This document shows positions 60,902 to 64,000 of a stretch of DNA of 64,000 bases, in pieces. Numbering within the stretch: position 1 is the stretch's first letter; every line of letters begins with the position of its first letter. The stretch lies in assembly GCA_046563655.1 (NCBI GenBank), contig CM102284.1, positions 1,364,001-1,428,000 on the forward strand, read 5' to 3'. This stretch comes from Yuukianura sp. NJ FZ-2021 (taxonomy: Eukaryota). The notes beneath the pieces were generated by a model. The model worked only from the letters and a program-made list of their open reading frames with translations, searched no databases and had not been told where the DNA came from. A program made the position numbers and the translations under genes.

Positions 60902-62391
60902 TTAATCTTGAGCTGAATCCATGTTGTCGTTGCTGTCTGCTACCAACTCATCATCTCCCTTATCCGACGTATCAGCTGCTGAAGAAGCTGAAGCTGGAGT
61001 GTTGACACGGCTTTCGGATTTACGTAGAAGACCAGCTCCACGCAGGTCATCATCACTGTAACAATAAAATGAAAGAGGTCACAAATTAAGAATGTTAAGT
61101 TAGGAATGCCTATCAAACCTGTATGGAATGACAACTGTCTTCCAAATTAGTAGACTCTTGTCCTTCCCGCCAGTAGCGACGATCATTCCATCAGGGGAGA
61201 TGTCAATTCCTTTAACTCCCTCCTTGTGACCAAAGATCGTAAAAACTGGCCTGCCTTCAATGACATCCAAAATCTTCAGAGTCTTGTCCTCTGAGACAGT
61301 CATGGCAAAGTCTCCAGAAGGGTGAAAATCAAAGTTTGTTATGGCGGCAGTATGGATATCACGATAACATTGTACCATCGTGCCTTTTCGTTGATCATAG
61401 ATGTGGAACTCTTCTCCGGTTGCAACTCCGAAGTAATTTGGAGCAGTGGGATTGAAGTCGGCGTGAACTGGAATTCCTTTTCCAATTGGAAGTTTTAGAG
61501 AAGAATCGTTGCAACGGGTATCCATTAGCTGGACACTCTTATCATCCGAAGCGGTAATGAGAGTTGTGCCATCATTCTTGAATCGGACGGATCGAACCCA
61601 ATTGTTATGAGAGGACCAAGAAGCAGCAAAGTGGTGCGATTTCAAAGTAGTTTTTCGGGCAGATTTAGTGTAATCCAGATTCCATAGCTAACAAAATAAT
61701 TATGATTTTGTTATATACTGAAAAAAAAACTCGATGAGCCGATGATGGCGGGAAGTCATACCTTCACTGTTTTATCATCAGAAGCCGAAACGAAATAATC
61801 ACGCTGAATCGGATTGAAAGCAACTGATCGGACCGGAGCCGTATGGCCACGAAAAAAGTACGATGCTCCAGTTACCATTGGAACCCAAATGCCAATGCTT
61901 TTATCATCCGATCCAGTAATCATGAGATCACCAACTGGGTTGAAGGAGATATCGTTGATTGGTCCCTCATGTCCATCGAAACTATCACACCAAAAATGCA
62001 AAGCAATCATGATGAATAAACTAGTAAGACTTTCGAAAATAAAATTCGTTAGCAGAGAGACATACCGTAAAGCTCGCTTATTCAAATTATTATAATCCCA
62101 AAGATAGACATGTTTGTCTGCTCCAGCAGTGGCTACTAATGGATCACTTGGATGATACACAACGGCATTAATCGTAGCACGGTGAGCTCGAAAGTGCCGA
62201 AACAACTGCGGTGTAGGTTCCTTTCCACGACGATACAACTTCTGAACCAATTGAGCAGCTCGGAGGGCCTTTCCTGCGGCTACTTCCGAAGATGACCAAT
62301 TGTGACCTACATTCTCTTTGGAATGACCTCCCTTGTTCACCTTTGACCTTGCGGATGCCGGCGGAAGCCTACCACTTGAAATTGCACTCAT
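60902..62391 (-). CDS. POC1-like WD40 protein, 4 exons
   Basis: P.LFRHFRAH, RALR.FDGH, IWVP..TG...F.GHTAPVRSVAF, SASDDKTVK.W, SHNNWVRSVRF, FHPSGDF, LKILDVIEGRPVFTIFGH match the POC1 repeat series. Confidence 0.8.
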
Positions 62392-64000
62392 CCTGTTCCG
62401 TTAGAGTACACGATAGGTCTTTCACAGAATCAATCTGGATTCTGGAAACAAATGACAACATAAGCGAGGGGAAAAGGGAAATACTAGTTTCAAATGGTTA
62501 TAATGGATATAACTTCCGAATATAAGTTGTTAATTTAAGAATTACCAACCTGACAAACCAAAGTATGAGAAGAAACGTTTGACTTATCGCGTTCGCGACG
62601 AATAGAGGCAAAGCAGAGACACAATTGAAGTTACGGTCAGACTCAAATCAATCACTCAATCAATCGTGAATGAAAAATACGAAAATCAAAGACGAAAAGA
62701 CGAAATGAAAAAATGAAAGTATATCAACTTCAACACAGACAAAAGAAGGCAAAAAGTAAACAAATGGAAAAATTGAGTACGTTCAACCAAATTGCAATTC
62801 ATGGTTTTGCAATACAAAATTCAAACCTGAAAAAAGTTGAAAAAAAAAAATAACCTTGCTTTTTTCAGTAAAGTTGACTTGCGGAAATTCTGCAGCTAAG
62901 CTGACGACTTGGCTTGGGAGCTCAAGACTAGTAACTGGCTTTTTGAAAACTTTTAATTCAAATTTAATGATAATAATAAAATATTGCCACCCAACTGCTT
63001 CACCACAAAAGCTTTATGCCTACAAAGTGAAATAACTTAAGAAATAGAGTTTATCATGTTCATAAGATTTTAGTATTATATTTAATACTAAGCAATAGTA
63101 ATAGAATAGAATAGTTTAATAATTTTTTTCTGTTTTCAGTTTTCAAAATGGAAAGTCTATTTTGTAAAAGTCATGTTTCACATTTTTGTCACTGACAAAT
63201 GGCAAAACCCAATTTTATTTAATCCACTTTATTAGTACCGGAAAACTCCCGCGCGAGGGAAAAATCTTACAGCAGCGGGATCAAGAAATCGGGTTTTCTC
63301 AAAAATTACTTCAGCTTATTACGATGAACTTTTTAAAACAATAACGCGAATAGTTTTCAAACAAAATTGTGTTTGTGAGTGACCGTTTTTGTTGTTGCTA
63401 AGTCTTGTGTACTTTTTCATAGTGTACGACATGATTTGGAGCAGTTACTTACTATCACTTCACTACTTCCTGCACATATAAACTAAACAATTTTGTTCTT
63501 ATGATGATTTAGAATAGATCGAAGTATTCATTCGGTTCAAAAACGGCCCGAAACAACTTTAAAATCATGTGAAATTTTGAAATGTACCTTACATCAGTTT
63601 TTATCACATAGAAGAAAAAGAAACTTTAACAATACTGAATAACATTACTCAAGGCCAATGTTGCGATGTTAGTTTAGAAATCAGGTTATCGATTTCGGTA
63701 AATCTTAACTAACAAAGTGTTAATCTATGACAAAATCAAAATCCTAGTTCAGTTCAATAATTATTGTTTGATTTACTTCTTATGGGTTATATTATATTCT
63801 AGCAAACTGGCTTAAATGCAGGGCTAAACGGTCCTAAAATTTTCTGAATAATTAAGTATACTTAATTCTTCAGAAAAATTTTCAGTATTTCAGTATTTTC
63901 AGTTTTTGTATCGTACCTATATGCATGATATACAAGAAGTGTGATTATCATAGCAATTACAGCAGTACATGTTCCACTAAATACAGTTTTTGAAATTTTC

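Overview
AT-rich, intron-containing invertebrate (probably arthropod-like) nuclear DNA; not prokaryotic. It holds about 17 host genes, all but one on the minus strand: three tandem C2H2 zinc-finger paralogs (the third has an in-frame TGA), a CRAL-TRIO protein, a pancreatic-type lipase, a secreted ESK-repeat protein (the only plus-strand gene), a micro-exon Cys-rich peptide, a frameshifted dynamin-related (DRP1-like) gene, a CSαβ defensin-like peptide, two WAP-type peptides, PLD3, a 4-TM protein, a short apolipophorin-like protein, fem-1, UTX/KDM6A, a fax/FAXC-like gene and a POC1-like WD40 gene. The most striking feature is an intact 3.5-kb CRE-type non-LTR retrotransposon (RT + restriction-like endonuclease) with an N-terminal RFX-type winged-helix domain. 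It is inserted with an 11-12 bp target duplication into one 31-bp unit of a minisatellite; the minisatellite lies within a non-autonomous DNA element, which lies in the intron of a WAP-peptide gene. Several hAT MITEs with TIR/TSD, a tRNA-derived SINE and long hairpins are also present. Gene models were spliced by eye; family calls come from motif recognition, not database searches.
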